A program made the translations under genes and the position numbers. This document shows, piece by piece, positions 1 to 9,108 of a stretch of DNA of 64,000 bases. This DNA comes from an uncultured Lachnospiraceae bacterium (GTDB lineage Bacteria; Bacillota; Clostridia; Lachnospirales; Lachnospiraceae): assembly GCA_947632515.1 (NCBI GenBank), contig CANRPO010000003.1, positions 82,065 to 146,064 of the forward strand, written 5' to 3'. The notes under the pieces were generated by a model, which was not told where the DNA came from, did no database searches, and saw nothing but the letters and a program-made list of their open reading frames with translations. Position 1 is the stretch's first letter. The number at the start of each line of letters is the position of its first letter.

Positions 1-394
1 CACGGTGGAGGATTACTATAAGACGAACATGGATTTCCTCCAGCCGGAGATCAGAAATTATTTCTTCAGGCAGTATCCGGATATTTACTCCAAGGTAGAC
101 GATCTGCCTCCTGCAAAGTACAATATGGGCGCGAGCATCAGCAACAGCCTGATCTCCAGCGGCTGTATCGTAAACGGTAAGGTAGAGGATTCCGTGATCT
201 TTAAGAAAACGTATATCGGTAATAACTGCTACATTAAAAATTCCATCATCTTGAACGACGTGTATATTGGGGATAATACGCATATTGAGAATTGTATCGT
301 GGAGAGCAGAGGCACGATACGGGCGAATTCGTACCATAAGGGGGAGAATGGAATCGAGATTGTAGTGGAGCATAATGACAGATATGTGATCTGA
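1..394 (+). CDS. glgD: Glucose-1-phosphate adenylyltransferase regulatory subunit GlgD, 3' part (truncated by window start)
   Basis: YYKTNMDFL...IYSKVDDLPPAKY...NSLISSGCIVNGKVEDSVIF, then hexapeptide beta-helix repeats. Confidence 0.85.
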   Translation, partial: TVEDYYKTNMDFLQPEIRNYFFRQYPDIYSKVDDLPPAKYNMGASISNSLISSGCIVNGKVEDSVIFKKTYIGNNCYIKNSIILNDVYIGDNTHIENCIVESRGTIRANSYHKGENGIEIVVEHNDRYVI

Positions 395-569
395 TGATGG
401 AAAGGCGGTTGCTATTATCGATACCAAGTATTGTGTAAGAGGCATGGGTGTTATTATTAACTAAATGTTTATTACAAGCTACGTGGCTTGATGAGTATGA
501 CTTGTGTGGAAAAGCTTGTGAAAACCGACAGGTTTCTGTTCGGTATCATATGATAAGGAGGCTGAGCTC

Positions 570-842
570 ATGAGAATTACTGATGTCCGCGTGCGCAAAA
601 TGACTCAAGACAGCAAAATGAAAGCAATCGTCTCGATTACTATAGACGATGAATTCGTAGTACATGACATTAAAGTGATCGAAGGTGAAAAGGGTCTTTT
701 CATTGCGATGCCCAGTAAAAAGGCAAATGACGGTGAGTACCGGGATATTGCTCACCCGATCAACTCAGCGACTCGAGATAAGATTCAGACGATCATCTTG
801 GAGAGTTATGAGAAGGCGCTGTTAGAACCTGACGATGAGTAG
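570..842 (+). CDS. spoVG: Septation regulator / RNA-binding protein SpoVG
   Basis: [10 protein letters not shown]...[21 protein letters not shown]...[10 protein letters not shown] signature; RBS AAGGAGG. Confidence 0.97.
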   Translation: MRITDVRVRKMTQDSKMKAIVSITIDDEFVVHDIKVIEGEKGLFIAMPSKKANDGEYRDIAHPINSATRDKIQTIILESYEKALLEPDDE

Positions 843-860
843 AAATGCATAGTGTGGAAA

Positions 861-890
861 GAAAAGGACGCTTTGAGCGTCCTTTTTCTT
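861..890 (+). terminator. Rho-independent terminator after spoVG
   Basis: AAAAGGACGCT-TTG-AGCGTCCTTTT hairpin with T tract. Confidence 0.85.
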
Positions 891-1047
891 GCGCGCAATT
901 ATTTCTTGTGGAAATACATAAATGTTGATAAAATGAGAGAAATGTATCGTATCTCTTCCACATATCCGGGTGCCGGCGGTTCCAAGGGGTCTGTATTTGA
1001 TATGTGATGAATATACGGTGATAATAGCGGCAGCAAGAGGAAAAGCT

Positions 1048-1629
1048 ATGTACATTATCGTCGGTCTGGGGAATCCGGACAGTAAGTATCAGAATACAAG
1101 GCACAATATCGGGTTCGATGTGATCGATGTGATCGCGGACAGGAACCACATCACGGTGGGTGAGCGGAAACACAAGGCGCTGACCGGCAAGGGAATCGTG
1201 GGCGGACAGAAAGCCGTTCTGGTGAAACCGCAGACCTACATGAATTTGAGTGGTGAGAGCGTGAGGGAAGTCATAGACTTTTATAAGATAGACGAAAAGA
1301 GCGAACTGATCGTCATATCGGACGACATCAGCCTGGATGTGGGGCAGATCCGCATTCGCAAGAAGGGAAGCGCGGGCGGACACAACGGGCTTAAAAATAT
1401 TATCCTGCACCTCGGACACGACGAATTCCGGCGCGTGAGAATGGGCGTTGGCGGGAAACCTGAAGGGTATGATCTGGTGGATTATGTGCTCGGTCATTTT
1501 TCGAAGGAGGAGCGGGAGATCATGAACGAAAGCGCGGAGCGTGCGGCTGAGGCGGTTGAAATGATGATCGCGGAGGGAGCGGACGCTGCCATGAATTGTT
1601 TTAATCAGAAGGTGCAGAGAGAATCATGA
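1048..1629 (+). CDS. pth: Peptidyl-tRNA hydrolase
   Basis: IIVGLGNP...TRHNIGF, KPQTYMNLSG, GSAGGHNGLK; start moved to ATG 1048 after AGAGG. Confidence 0.97.
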   Translation: MYIIVGLGNPDSKYQNTRHNIGFDVIDVIADRNHITVGERKHKALTGKGIVGGQKAVLVKPQTYMNLSGESVREVIDFYKIDEKSELIVISDDISLDVGQIRIRKKGSAGGHNGLKNIILHLGHDEFRRVRMGVGGKPEGYDLVDYVLGHFSKEEREIMNESAERAAEAVEMMIAEGADAAMNCFNQKVQRES

Positions 1630-1644
1630 GGACGGAGGTTTGAT

Positions 1645-4600
1645 GTGAGGGCTTTACTGGCTCCCTTAGAAGAACTGGGAGCATATGAAGAAATGAAAAA
1701 AATGCTTGCGCGGGAAACGGCGGCGGTGTCGCTCAGCGGCTGTGTGGACTCTCAGAAACTCCATATGATATACGGCCTTGGCGACGGGTTCCGATATAAG
1801 ATCATTGTGACTTTCAGCGATCTGCGGGCCAAGGAGCTGTATGAGGATTATAAATTATATGACAGGAACGTGATGCTGTATCCGGCCAAGGACCTGATTT
1901 TCTTTCAGGCGGATATACACGGCAACCAACTGACGGCGGAGCGGATCAAATGTATGCGGAGGCTGATGGAGGGCAAACCCGTCACAGTGATTACGACTTA
2001 TGACGCGCTGATGGCGCCGCAGCCCCCGATCGACACGTGGAAGGAGCATGTGATCCACATCGACAGGCAGAGCTGTATCGAGGAGAGCGAACTGGCAGCG
2101 CGGCTCGTGGAACTGGGCTATGAGAAAAACTATCAGGTGGAGGCGCCGGGGCAGTTCAGCGTTCGCGGCGGCATCGTGGACATTTTTGATCTGACGGAGG
2201 AGAATCCCTACCGCATTGAACTGTGGGGGGAGGACGTGGAGTCCATACGGAGTTTCGATATTCTGAGTCAGCGCTCCATCGAGAAACTGGAATCTGTGAC
2301 GATCTATCCTGCGACAGAACTAATTCTGTCGGAAGATCAGTTGCGGGACGGTATCGGGAAAATCCAAACAGAATGTAAGGGACATGTCAAGAAACTTAGA
2401 GGAGAGATGAAGACCGAGGAGGCGCACCGCATAGAGACGCAGGTGCGGGAGCTGTCAGAACAGCTTTTAGAGCTGGGCTTATCGCGCAACGCCGTGAATC
2501 TGGAGAGCTATGTGCGATATTTTTATCCGCAGTTGTCCGCGCTTTCGGATTGTTTTGAGAAGAGCAAAAGCTGTATTTTTATCGAGGAGCCGCTGCGCGT
2601 AAAAGAACATGCGACGGCGGTGGAACTGGAATTTCGCGAGAGCATGATGCACCGCGTGGAGAAGGGGTACATTCTGCCGGGACAGATGGATATTCTGTAC
2701 AGCGCGGAGGAGACTGCGGCGAAGATCGCGCGGGGCAGAGTGGTGACGCTGTCCATGATGGACGGCAAAAATCCGCTTTTTAAGCCTGACGCAAAATTTG
2801 ATATTCAGACCAGGAGCCTGTCATCCTACAACAACAGCTTCGAGGCGCTGGTGAAGGATCTGCAGGGGTATCGCAGGAGGGGATACCGCATCCTGCTTTT
2901 GTCCGGTTCCAGAACGAGGGCGAAACGTCTGGCGGAGGATCTGCGGGATCAGGAGATCAGCGCCTTTTACAGCGAGGATCCCATGAGGGAACTGCAGCCC
3001 GGGGAAGTTATGACCTGCTACGGCAGAGTGCTCAAAGGTTTCGAGTACCCGCTCATCAAATTCCTTGTCATATCGGAGAGCGATATTTTCGGGGCTGAGA
3101 AGAAGAAAAAGAAGAAGAAAAAAATCTATCAGGGGCAGAAGATCAACGATTTCAACGAACTGCATGTAGGGGATTACGTGGTCCATGAGAGCCACGGCCT
3201 TGGGATCTATCAGGGTATCGAGAAGGTGGAAGTGGATAAGATCGTCAAGGATTATATGAAGATCTCCTATCGTGACGGCGGCATTCTCTATGTGCTGGCG
3301 ACCGGGCTTGACGTGATCCAGAAGTACGCCGCTGCGGAGTCCGGCAGTAAGCCCAAACTCAACAAGCTGGGAACGCAGGAGTGGAGCAAGACGAAGTCCA
3401 AGGTGCGCGCCGCCGTGGACGAGGTGGCGCAGGATCTGGTGGAGCTTTATGCGGTCAGGCAGCAGAGCCAAGGCTATCGGTACGGCGCAGACACCGTCTG
3501 GCAGAGAGAGTTTGAAGAGATGTTTCCCTTCGAGGAGACGGAGGATCAGATCAGCGCTATCGCCGCCACCAAAGCGGATATGGAGAGCGGTAAGATCATG
3601 GATCGTCTGATCTGCGGCGACGTGGGGTACGGCAAGACGGAGGTGGCGCTCCGGGCCGCTTTCAAGGCAGTGCAGGAGGGAAAACAGGTGGTTTATCTGG
3701 TGCCCACGACGATCCTTGCACAGCAACACTACAACACGTTTGTCCAGAGAATGAAAGATTTTCCGGTGCGGGTGGATCTGCTGTCCCGGTTTCGCACGGC
3801 GGCAGAACAGAAGAAGACGGTGGCGGACATCAGGAAAGGCATGGTAGATATTGTGATCGGCACGCACCGTGTGTTGTCCGCGGACGTACAGTACAAGGAT
3901 CTGGGACTCCTGATCATTGACGAGGAGCAGCGTTTCGGCGTGGCGCACAAGGAGAAGATTAAAAAGATGAAGGAGACTGTCGATGTGCTGACGCTGACGG
4001 CGACGCCGATCCCCAGGACATTGCACATGAGCCTCATTGGTATACGGGATATGAGCGTGCTGGAGGAGGCGCCGGGCGACAGGCAGCCGATCCAGACCTT
4101 TGTGTGTGAGTACAACGAAGAGTTGGTGCGGGAAGCCATTGTCAGGGAACTGTCCAGACAGGGACAGGTGTACTATGTCTACAACAGGGTGAACAATATC
4201 GCCGACATTGCCGCGTCGATCCGGAAACTGGTGCCTGAGGCCACTGTGGCTTTTGCGCACGGGCAGATGAGGGAAAACGAGTTGGAGCGGATCATGTACG
4301 ATTTCATAGATGGGGAGATCGACGTGCTCGTGTCCACCACGATCATTGAGACGGGGCTGGATATTTCCAATGTGAACACGATGATCATTCATGACTCCGA
4401 TCAGATGGGGCTGTCGCAGCTGTACCAGCTCAGAGGACGCGTGGGGCGTTCCAATCGCACGGCCTACGCCTTTCTTATGTACAAGCGGGACAAGATGCTC
4501 AAGGAGGTGGCGGAGAAACGTCTGGAGGCGATCAGGGAATTTACCGATCTGGGGAGCGGATTCAAGATCGCCATGCGGGATCTGGAGATACGCGGGGCGG

Positions 4601-5193
4601 GGAATCTTCTGGGCGCCAGACAGCACGGTCACATGCAGGCGGTGGGGTATGATCTGTACTGCAAGATGCTCAACGAGGCGGTGAAAAATCTGAAAGGCAT
4701 CTCCACGATCGAAGATTTCAACACCGGCGTTGACTTGGACGCGGACGCCTATATCCCTCCGGCCTATATCGTCAACGAGGTACAGAAACTGGATATTTAC
4801 AAGCGGATTGCAGGTATTGAGAACGAGAGGGAGTGCGACGATATGCGGGAGGAATTGCTGGACCGTTTCGGCGAAATACCGAAGTCGGCCGAAAATCTGC
4901 TGCGGATCGCGCTGATCCGTTCCCACGCGCACAGACTGTACATGCCGGAAGTGAAAGGAAAGGATGAGACGATCAGCTTTCTGATGCGCACCGACGCGCC
5001 CGTCAGGGTGGAAAATATTCCAAATCTTCTGCAGAGATATGGGGGCAGGATGACTTTTGACCCGAAGGGGACGCCTGTTTTCCGTCTGCGCTACAAGAAG
5101 TGCGGCGTGATCGAGAAGGACGAGGAGACGCTGCTTGCGGCGACGGAGACGGCGCTGCGGGATATGGAAGAATTGTTATTGGATGAGACCTAG
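1645..5193 (+). CDS. mfd: Transcription-repair coupling factor
   Basis: CarD-like domain GDYVVHESHG, MDRLICGDVGYGKTE, IDEEQRFG, QLRGRVGR, TRCF C-terminus. Confidence 0.98.
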   Translation: MRALLAPLEELGAYEEMKKMLARETAAVSLSGCVDSQKLHMIYGLGDGFRYKIIVTFSDLRAKELYEDYKLYDRNVMLYPAKDLIFFQADIHGNQLTAERIKCMRRLMEGKPVTVITTYDALMAPQPPIDTWKEHVIHIDRQSCIEESELAARLVELGYEKNYQVEAPGQFSVRGGIVDIFDLTEENPYRIELWGEDVESIRSFDILSQRSIEKLESVTIYPATELILSEDQLRDGIGKIQTECKGHVKKLRGEMKTEEAHRIETQVRELSEQLLELGLSRNAVNLESYVRYFYPQLSALSDCFEKSKSCIFIEEPLRVKEHATAVELEFRESMMHRVEKGYILPGQMDILYSAEETAAKIARGRVVTLSMMDGKNPLFKPDAKFDIQTRSLSSYNNSFEALVKDLQGYRRRGYRILLLSGSRTRAKRLAEDLRDQEISAFYSEDPMRELQPGEVMTCYGRVLKGFEYPLIKFLVISESDIFGAEKKKKKKKKIYQGQKINDFNELHVGDYVVHESHGLGIYQGIEKVEVDKIVKDYMKISYRDGGILYVLATGLDVIQKYAAAESGSKPKLNKLGTQEWSKTKSKVRAAVDEVAQDLVELYAVRQQSQGYRYGADTVWQREFEEMFPFEETEDQISAIAATKADMESGKIMDRLICGDVGYGKTEVALRAAFKAVQEGKQVVYLVPTTILAQQHYNTFVQRMKDFPVRVDLLSRFRTAAEQKKTVADIRKGMVDIVIGTHRVLSADVQYKDLGLLIIDEEQRFGVAHKEKIKKMKETVDVLTLTATPIPRTLHMSLIGIRDMSVLEEAPGDRQPIQTFVCEYNEELVREAIVRELSRQGQVYYVYNRVNNIADIAASIRKLVPEATVAFAHGQMRENELERIMYDFIDGEIDVLVSTTIIETGLDISNVNTMIIHDSDQMGLSQLYQLRGRVGRSNRTAYAFLMYKRDKMLKEVAEKRLEAIREFTDLGSGFKIAMRDLEIRGAGNLLGARQHGHMQAVGYDLYCKMLNEAVKNLKGISTIEDFNTGVDLDADAYIPPAYIVNEVQKLDIYKRIAGIENERECDDMREELLDRFGEIPKSAENLLRIALIRSHAHRLYMPEVKGKDETISFLMRTDAPVRVENIPNLLQRYGGRMTFDPKGTPVFRLRYKKCGVIEKDEETLLAATETALRDMEELLLDET

Positions 5194-5205
5194 GAGGCGG
5201 ATGCG

Positions 5206-6348
5206 ATGATCTACTTGGACAACGCGGCGACGACAAAAACTGCGCCGGAAGTTGTGGAGGCCATGCTGCCGTATTTCACGGAATATTATGGAAACGCGGG
5301 CGGTATCTATAGGTTGGGGAGCGAGAGCAAGAAGGCGATCATACGGGCGAAGGAGACGATCGCAGAGACATTGGGAGCGGCATCCAACGAGATCTACTTT
5401 ACGGCGGGAGGCTCCGAGGCTGACAACTGGGCGCTCAAGGCGGCCTTCGAGACTTATCGGGGCAGGGGAAATCATATCATCACTTCTAAAATAGAGCATC
5501 ATGCCGTTTTGCGCACCTGCGAATATCTGGAAAAACAGGGCGCCGAGATCACCTATCTGGATGTGGACGGAGATGGGATGGTGGATATGGAACAGTTAGA
5601 AAAGGCGATACGCCCCGACACCATACTGATCTCGATCATGTACGCCAACAATGAGATCGGTACGATTCAGCCGATCAGGGAGATCGGCGGGATCGCCTGC
5701 GAGCATGGTATTTTGTTCCACACCGACGCGGTGCAGGCGTACGGGCAGCTGCCGATCGATGTGGAGGACTGTCATATCGACATGCTCTCCGCCGGCGCGC
5801 ATAAGTTCAACGGCCCGAAAGGCGTCGGCTTTCTCTATATCAGGCAAAAAGCGAAACTGCGCGCGTTTATACACGGCGGGCAGCAGGAGCGGGGCAGGCG
5901 CGCGGGGACGGAGAATGTGCCGGGGATCGTGGGCATGGAGGCTGCGGTCAAACGCGCTTTTCGGATCATGGAGGAAAAGGCAGAAAAGGAGACGGCCTTG
6001 CGGGACTATCTCATCCGGCGGCTCCTGCGGGAGATCCCGGATGTGACGCTGAACGGCCATCCCACGAAACGTCTTCCGGGCAACGTCAACGTCAGTTTCG
6101 CGGCGGTGGAGAGCGAGACGGTGCTCATCATGCTGGATATGGAAGGAATCTGCGCCTCGGGCGGCTCCGCGTGCACCTCCGGCGCCCTGGACCCCTCCCA
6201 TGTGCTGTTGGCCATCGGGCAGCCGCCGGAGCTGGCGCGCGGGTCCTTGCGGCTGACTCTGGGCGAGGACAACACGAAAGAGGAGATCGACACGGTAGTC
6301 GAAACGTTAAAACGCATTGTCGGAAAAATCAGGGCGATGCGTATATAG
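5206..6348 (+). CDS. iscS: Cysteine desulfurase (NifS/IscS family)
   Basis: IYLDNAATT, HTDAVQA, AHKFNGPKGVG (PLP Lys), SGGSACTSG (catalytic Cys). Confidence 0.93.
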   Translation: MIYLDNAATTKTAPEVVEAMLPYFTEYYGNAGGIYRLGSESKKAIIRAKETIAETLGAASNEIYFTAGGSEADNWALKAAFETYRGRGNHIITSKIEHHAVLRTCEYLEKQGAEITYLDVDGDGMVDMEQLEKAIRPDTILISIMYANNEIGTIQPIREIGGIACEHGILFHTDAVQAYGQLPIDVEDCHIDMLSAGAHKFNGPKGVGFLYIRQKAKLRAFIHGGQQERGRRAGTENVPGIVGMEAAVKRAFRIMEEKAEKETALRDYLIRRLLREIPDVTLNGHPTKRLPGNVNVSFAAVESETVLIMLDMEGICASGGSACTSGALDPSHVLLAIGQPPELARGSLRLTLGEDNTKEEIDTVVETLKRIVGKIRAMRI

Positions 6349-6377
6349 AGTCCTGAATATGGGACTCTATTTTTTAT
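6346..6377 (+). terminator. Rho-independent terminator after iscS
   Basis: ATAGAGTCC-N8-GGACTCTAT followed by a T run. Confidence 0.8.
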
Positions 6378-6381
6378 ATCC

Positions 6382-6410
6382 TTATCACAGAACAACAGTT
6401 CGAGTATATT
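6382..6410 (+). promoter_or_regulatory. Putative sigmaA promoter with a LexA (SOS/Cheo) box in the spacer
   Basis: TTATCA-N17-TATATT; GAAC-AACA-GTTC at 6390-6401 matches the Firmicute LexA consensus GAAC-N4-GTTC. Confidence 0.6.
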
Positions 6411-6431
6411 TTTTGAAAAGGAGATAAGGAT

Positions 6432-6533
6432 ATGAAAGGTTATACGGTAGAGAGCGGTTACATGGGGTATGTGGACGGAACGTACATGCTGTTCGCAAGC
6501 GAGACAGACTATGAAGACTATGTGGGGAGGTGA
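6432..6533 (+). CDS. 33-aa small protein MKGYTVESGYMGYVDGTYMLFASETDYEDYVGR (not in ORF track)
   Basis: Double RBS (AAGGAG...AAGGA) before ATG 6432, TGA at 6531-6533; resembles a small-protein pattern I recall from gut Clostridia (MKGY...GYMG.V.G.YMLFA.E.DY). Confidence 0.7.
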   Translation: MKGYTVESGYMGYVDGTYMLFASETDYEDYVGR

Positions 6534-6613
6534 TTTGTTGCATATTTTCTGAAAATAAGATACACTTTTCCATGTGCGGAGCACATTTTGCACACTCGGG
6601 CGCAGAAACATAA

Positions 6614-6642
6614 TTGCCAAAACAAGGGCATAGGTATATCAT
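6614..6642 (+). promoter_or_regulatory. Putative sigmaA promoter of the hydrolase-murF-ddl operon
   Basis: TTGCCA-N17-TATCAT. Confidence 0.55.
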
Positions 6643-6683
6643 AGTAAGTAATTGTTTGAAGTTTTGAAATTATTGGTGGGATC

Positions 6684-7451
6684 GTGGTTAAGAAGATTGA
6701 TTCGATAGCGGTAAATTATATAGATGCAGGCGACGGGGATGTGGTGGTGCTGCTGCACGGCTGGGGAGCGAACATCACGCTGTATGCCGGCATAATTCAG
6801 GTATTGTCACGAAATCACAGAGTGATCGCCTTTGACATGCCGGGATTTGGCAAGACCCCCGAACCGCCGGAACCGTGGTGCGTGGATGATTATGCAGATT
6901 TTGTCATCAAGTTTCTGGCGTCTTTTGAACTGAGGAGATTCAGCGTTGTTGTGCATTCCTTCGGCGGCAGAGTGCTGTTTAAACTGAACGCCAGAGAGAA
7001 TCTGCCTTTTGTCATTGACAAGGCGGTGCTGATCGACAGCGCGGGCATTTTGCCGAAGAAGAGTTTTAGGCAGCGCGTCAGTCTCAGATGCTACAAGATC
7101 GCGCGGGCGGTCATGAGTACAAGGGCGCTGCATTTTCTCTATCCCGACGCTGTGGACAATATGAGGCGCAGGCGGGGATCGGCGGACTATAACAATGCGA
7201 CGCCGACGATGCGGGCCACTTTGGTGAAGGTCGTAAACGAGGACTTGGAACCGCTCATTCATCTGTTAAAATGTCCCACACTGCTCATCTGGGGGGATCA
7301 GGATACGGCGACTCCTCTTTCGGATGGCAGGCGGATGGAGGAACTGATACCCGATGCGGGACTTGTGATATGCGAGGGCGCGGGGCATTTTTCCTTTGCG
7401 GAGCAGGCGCCGAAGGTTCACGGCGCATTGGCATCGTTCTTTGCCTCATAG
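6684..7451 (+). CDS. Alpha/beta-fold hydrolase (esterase/peptidase-like)
   Basis: LLHGWG, DMPGFG, nucleophile elbow VHSFGG, WGDQD, AGHF triad. Confidence 0.9.
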   Translation: MVKKIDSIAVNYIDAGDGDVVVLLHGWGANITLYAGIIQVLSRNHRVIAFDMPGFGKTPEPPEPWCVDDYADFVIKFLASFELRRFSVVVHSFGGRVLFKLNARENLPFVIDKAVLIDSAGILPKKSFRQRVSLRCYKIARAVMSTRALHFLYPDAVDNMRRRRGSADYNNATPTMRATLVKVVNEDLEPLIHLLKCPTLLIWGDQDTATPLSDGRRMEELIPDAGLVICEGAGHFSFAEQAPKVHGALASFFAS

Positions 7452-7490
7452 GATATTGGAACAGTGACAGAGTCAGGTGGAATACGATTT

Positions 7491-9071
7491 ATGTTTGAGA
7501 TTTTGGATGCGATTCTTGCAACCGCGTGGTTTCTTCTTTTTATCATAGGAATGCTCCGCTATGTCCGCTATATTGTGCATATGTTTCAGGAGAATTCCTA
7601 CAAGCCGAGAGAGTATATAGAATGGATGCGGGTGCACAGCAATGTAGGGAGGCTGTTGGGCAAAAGTCTGTATGCGGTGATCGCTTTGCCCCTAGTGCTT
7701 ATCGGAAATACGGGCTGTATGGCCGCGGCGTGTTTGATGAATGCAATGACCGCATTGGTCAACAAAGCGCAGCCGGCGAAGAAACCGCTTGTGTACACGA
7801 AACGGGTGAAGAGAATGCTCGTAACCTCCGCCGTGATTTATGCGGCGGCCATTCTGCTGACGCTTTTTGCGGGAGAGTACGCGCTGCAGGCGTGCATGGG
7901 GATTCTGCTGTTGCTTTTTATTGCGCAGCCCTTCCTGATCCTGTTGGTGAATCGGATCAATAAGCCCATCGAGCGGGGGATCGACCGATACTATATCAAT
8001 GACGCCGCCCGCATCTTACGGGAGATGCCGCATTTGCGGATCATCGGCGTGACGGGCAGCTATGGCAAGACGAGCGTGAAGTATTTCCTGAGTAAACTGC
8101 TATCGGTGCAGTACAACGTGCTGCACACGCCGGGGAATTTCAACACTACGCTCGGTGTGGTCAGGACGATCCGGGAACAGCTCAAGCCTTTTCATGAGAT
8201 TTTCGTCTGTGAGATGGGGGCAAGAGAGGTGGGAGACGTCAAAGAGATCTGCGATCTGGTACATCCGGGTTACGGCATCATCACTTCCATCGGGCCGCAG
8301 CATTTACAGAGTTTCCATACGATCGAGAACATCATCGCCACGAAGTTCGAGCTGGCGGATGCGGTTCCGGCGGAGGGTAAGGTCTTTCTGAACTACGATA
8401 ATCCCTATATCCGTTCGCATAAGATCGACAAGGACGTGGTCAGCTATGGAACGGAAGGCGAGGACGTCACATTTCGCGCCTATGACATTGCGGTGTCACC
8501 CGGCGGCTCTGTCTTCAAGATGAAGGATGAGAAAGGAGTCGCATACGAGTTTCACACAAGACTGGTGGGAAACCACAATGTGCAGAATATCGCGGGCGCT
8601 ATCGCGGCAGCGCACACACTTGGCATTCCCATGGAGAAACTGCGCTATCCGGTAAAACAGTTGGAGAGCGTGCCCCACAGATTACAGCTTGTCAAGCAGG
8701 GGAATCGTATTTTGCTGGATGACAGCTACAATTCCAACAAGAGCGGTTTCAAGGCGGCGCTTGACACGCTGGCCATGTTCAAAGAACTGCGCATTCTCAT
8801 GACGCCGGGCATGGTGGAGTTGGGAGAGAAACAGTATGATGAAAACAAAGAAGTCGGCGTGTACGCTGCCGACAAGTGCGATTATGCGGTGCTGGTCGGC
8901 AAAGAGCAGACCAGACCGATTCAGGACGGTCTGAAGGAGGCGGGATTCGCCGCGGGCAGAATGATCGTGGTGAACACGCTGCAGGAGGCTTTTCAGATGG
9001 TCAATGCGATCCCGGATGAGAGACAGAAGATCGTATTGATCGAGAATGATCTTCCCGACAATTACGCGTAG
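7491..9071 (+). CDS. murF: MurF-type Mur ligase with N-terminal transmembrane helices
   Basis: GVTGSYGKTS P-loop, NFNTTLGV, CEMGAR, DDSYNSN, TPGMVELG, C-terminal ENDLPDNY; about 4 hydrophobic N-terminal segments. Confidence 0.8.
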   Translation: MFEILDAILATAWFLLFIIGMLRYVRYIVHMFQENSYKPREYIEWMRVHSNVGRLLGKSLYAVIALPLVLIGNTGCMAAACLMNAMTALVNKAQPAKKPLVYTKRVKRMLVTSAVIYAAAILLTLFAGEYALQACMGILLLLFIAQPFLILLVNRINKPIERGIDRYYINDAARILREMPHLRIIGVTGSYGKTSVKYFLSKLLSVQYNVLHTPGNFNTTLGVVRTIREQLKPFHEIFVCEMGAREVGDVKEICDLVHPGYGIITSIGPQHLQSFHTIENIIATKFELADAVPAEGKVFLNYDNPYIRSHKIDKDVVSYGTEGEDVTFRAYDIAVSPGGSVFKMKDEKGVAYEFHTRLVGNHNVQNIAGAIAAAHTLGIPMEKLRYPVKQLESVPHRLQLVKQGNRILLDDSYNSNKSGFKAALDTLAMFKELRILMTPGMVELGEKQYDENKEVGVYAADKCDYAVLVGKEQTRPIQDGLKEAGFAAGRMIVVNTLQEAFQMVNAIPDERQKIVLIENDLPDNYA

Positions 9072-9108
9072 GCGGTATTCGTCGGGAAGGAATTGGAGTG
9101 GAGGAAAA

